IMG/VR virus record: IMGVR_UViG_3300022837_000083
Coordinates: 1 to 25,354 of that record
Source: a virus
Taxonomy: Duplodnaviria; Caudoviricetes
DNA: 25,354 nucleotides
Strand: one strand, 5' to 3'
Shown here: one piece after another, positions 24,988 through 25,354 of the stretch
Numbering within the stretch: position 1 is the stretch's first letter
Layout of the letters: each line of letters begins with the position of its first letter
The notes under the pieces: generated by a model
Told to the model about the DNA's origin: nothing
What the model saw: only the letters and a program-made list of their open reading frames with translations
Databases searched by the model: none
Program-made: the position numbers and the translations under genes

Positions 24988-25160
24988 AAAAAGCAAAGAA
25001 CACTGGTAATCAGCACAATAAGCTTCCGCTTGATAAGGTAATTGGGGATTATTGGCGAATACGATGTACAGCAGCAGATAAATTAAAGTGGAAAGAAAAA
25101 GCTAGGTCGGCTGGATTAAGCGACTCAGACTGGACGCGATTAAAATTAAACAAGGACTAG
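24984..25160 (+). CDS. 58-aa basic protein, RHH/MobC-like
   Basis: Translated by hand as ...YWRIRCTAADKLKWKEKARSAGLSDSDWTRLKLNKD. ATGA-coupled, with RBS GAGG. Confidence 0.6.
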   Translation: MKKAKNTGNQHNKLPLDKVIGDYWRIRCTAADKLKWKEKARSAGLSDSDWTRLKLNKD

Positions 25161-25245
25161 ATAATGAATAACGATAAACTAATAACCACTACACTAACTC
25201 CAACATGGTCAAATTCGACATTAATACGCTAATCAGGGGTAAGTA

Positions 25246-25354
25246 ATGGATAAAACTATTTTAACAGAGCTTGAAGAAGCAATAAGAACTAAAAACGCAT
25301 CTTGGATACGTGAGTTAGCAGTAATGATACAAAGAATTGCGGATGATTTGGAAA
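25246..25354 (+). CDS. Hypothetical protein, 3'-truncated by the window edge (MDKTILTELEEAIRTKNASW...)
   Basis: RBS AGGGG, and the frame is open to the end of the window. Confidence 0.55.
   Translation, partial: MDKTILTELEEAIRTKNASWIRELAVMIQRIADDLE

Noticed and set aside
1-25354. Prophage or lysogeny module, DGR, retron or intron/intein
   Set aside because: No integrase, reverse transcriptase or template/variable repeat pair is visible, and polA and the helicases show no interruptions.

Overview
Fragment of a tailed dsDNA phage genome, probably marine. Its layout resembles uncultured marine and pelagiphage-like podoviruses that carry Leu762 PolA, SNF2, UvrD and an AEP primase. Positions 1-10305 (+) hold four large, translationally coupled putative internal-virion/ejection proteins and a small basic protein. 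Positions 10306-17372 (-) form a replication operon: SNF2 helicase, UvrD/Rep helicase, HTH protein, AEP primase, SSB-like protein and a conserved partner. Positions 20708-24020 (+) hold DUF3310, a family A DNA polymerase, an RHH repressor and small proteins. Three AT-rich segments interrupt this backbone (~11860-12150, ~17460-20700, ~24020-end). They contain micro-ORFs, HNH nucleases, gene remnants and repeated gene-junction sequences. The most unusual items are: (1) a 127-nt non-coding element made of two tandem tRNA-like D-loop/T-arm units with no anticodon arm, closed by a 19-bp stem; (2) a ~75-nt RNA between a promoter and a terminator whose two hairpin loops are complementary; (3) cassette-like micro-gene arrays joined by conserved stop/RBS/start linkers; (4) two villin-headpiece-like repeats and a recurring double-GG motif in the putative ejection proteins. 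All family assignments come from recognising motifs by eye; no searches were run.
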